DNA from: Tubiluchus corallicola
Lineage: Eukaryota; Animalia; Priapulida
DNA length: 64,000 nucleotides
Reading direction: 5' to 3'
Assembly: GCA_030141605.1 (NCBI GenBank)
Contig: JAQGDQ010000034.1
Span: forward strand, 1-64,000
Below the pieces are notes generated by a model. That model searched no databases, was not told where the DNA came from, and saw only the letters and a program-made list of their open reading frames with translations. Shown in pieces: positions 62,500 to 64,000 of this stretch; the stretch's first letter is position 1, and every line of letters starts with the position of its first letter. The translations under genes and the position numbers were made by a program.

Positions 62500-63600
62500 A
62501 TATATCGTCCACATCCACAGTTCCAGTTGATGCAGTGTTTAGCTGATTAGTTAATATAACATAAATTTGTGTCGCAAATTTGAAGTGGAATTTCCAGGAT
62601 GTGATATGGATTATGATATGGAAAATGGATTATTGCAATGACCGTTTCACAAATTTGGATTGGAGCAGGTAAAAAGTTTTCTCCATATTACATCACTTTT
62701 TTAATTTTCTGTCTGATTAGCGTAAATGTTATAATACTTTTTAATAGTTGGCACTCATTCATTATCTTGTTATAAATGTGCTCATTTCCATTAAGATCTG
62801 ACTGATCAGGCTGATAGTAATGGTACATAGCAAATACACTTTTGTGGCCAATTGTTTTTCTGCAGTAAAGTATTTAATATTTCAAGGTATAAAGCAAAGA
62901 GTTCAGAAGTTTTTTGATATTTCTGGAAATAAAACATTGAAGTGTTTACATCAAGTAATGACAGCCTTGACCCACACATATTGGTTAGTTGCAAATAAAG
63001 ATGCCAAAGAATATAATGGCAAAGTTGCAAGAAAAAAGGAGCTGAACCTATTGGGATTATACTGATGTTTAGTAATGCAGACATTGCCAATATTTGTAAG
63101 AAAACTGTTTGTAACAAAACCATTTAAAGAATCAAGTCAAATTTTTAAATCTCTACAAAAATTTGACAAAGAATTTAGCGACTTCTTGATGTTATAACTT
63201 TGGGTTTTTGTACACAGATATTTGTACATATCTATGAAAGTGTATGAGCTATTTCATATTTTACATATTGCTACCTATCTTTTGTTTAGTATGTTGCTAT
63301 AGTTATAATCAAATTGTTATGCATAATGGACAAATGATAAGACGGATGTAGGAATAACAGTGAGTTGCATTAATTAACCAACAGACGAAAGTGAAAGTTT
63401 CATTTATAAATTAAAGTCAAATATGTGACAAATATTAGGCTGCAAGATTCTATTAGTAAGAAGTGATTAGGTTATATACAATCCTGACTTTTTTGAAAAC
63501 GGCATGAAAAACTGAGATGAAATTGCCAAACTAAAGTGGATAAAGGGAATGCTAGTGGAATGTGATATGAGTAGTAATGTCCACAAAGTTGTTCATCATT
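62500..63600 (-). mobile_element. Possible highly decayed LINE reverse transcriptase remnant
   Basis: Only weak minus-strand echoes of the RT motifs PIFKK, PISVL and DLKKAFD, in roughly the expected order. Confidence 0.3.
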
Positions 63601-64000
63601 TTGGGAAACAAAATTAAGCATTCTTCAACTGTACATTGTTCAATTTTTTTCTGCAGCTATGCTAGTAAGTTTCCAAATGCTCAAACTTCCTATTTGCAGT
63701 TTCCTGCACATGGAAGGTTTCTAGAGCAACAGCTTTTCTACTCAAACCATGGTCTCACAAGGCAAGAATTTAGGATTTTGTGAAGCTTGTCTGATGGTAT
63801 GAGAAAATATAAGCATGAGAGAGTGTGTGAATGCTGGTGTGTGTCATTGCCGTCTCCAATTAATTAGCCATTAGTACCATCGGTATAAGTATGATGTTCC
63901 TCTTAATGTGTGTACGTGCTTCAGAGCAATGGGTTTTCATATGACCAGTTCAATCAATCTCATGTTCTCAATGATGGTGACAGATGCACATACGACTTAG

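Overview
AT-rich, intron-rich eukaryotic (invertebrate animal) genomic DNA, not prokaryotic. Most ORFs in the supplied track are spurious or exon fragments. Reading GT-AG splice sites by hand gives, left to right: (1) a GC-rich, repeat-laden element end at 1-1815, probably a Polinton/Maverick terminus; (2) the 3' half of an animal heme peroxidase pseudogene (+, 1918-6539) with stops, frameshifts and no proximal-His exon; (3) an intronless class A peptide-receptor-like GPCR (+, 8857-10194); (4) a decayed CR1/L2-type LINE; (5) a complete 24-coding-exon UBE3C HECT E3 ligase gene (-, 15257-39859); (6) head-to-head with it, an intronless CCT6 (+, 40492-42087), probably a retrogene; (7) a 3-exon DUF1647 gene (-, 42591-44953); (8) the last six exons of beta-ureidopropionase UPB1 (-, 51002-57683). 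Introns and spacers hold many MITEs, SINEs and satellites. Most notable non-coding signals: minimal hammerhead-ribozyme motifs inside inverted-repeat pairs (Penelope-like remnants), a SINE family with a 5S rRNA segment nested between tRNA-type A and B boxes, and a tandem array that appears to be built from a UBE3C splice acceptor. All coordinates were read by eye and no database searches were run.
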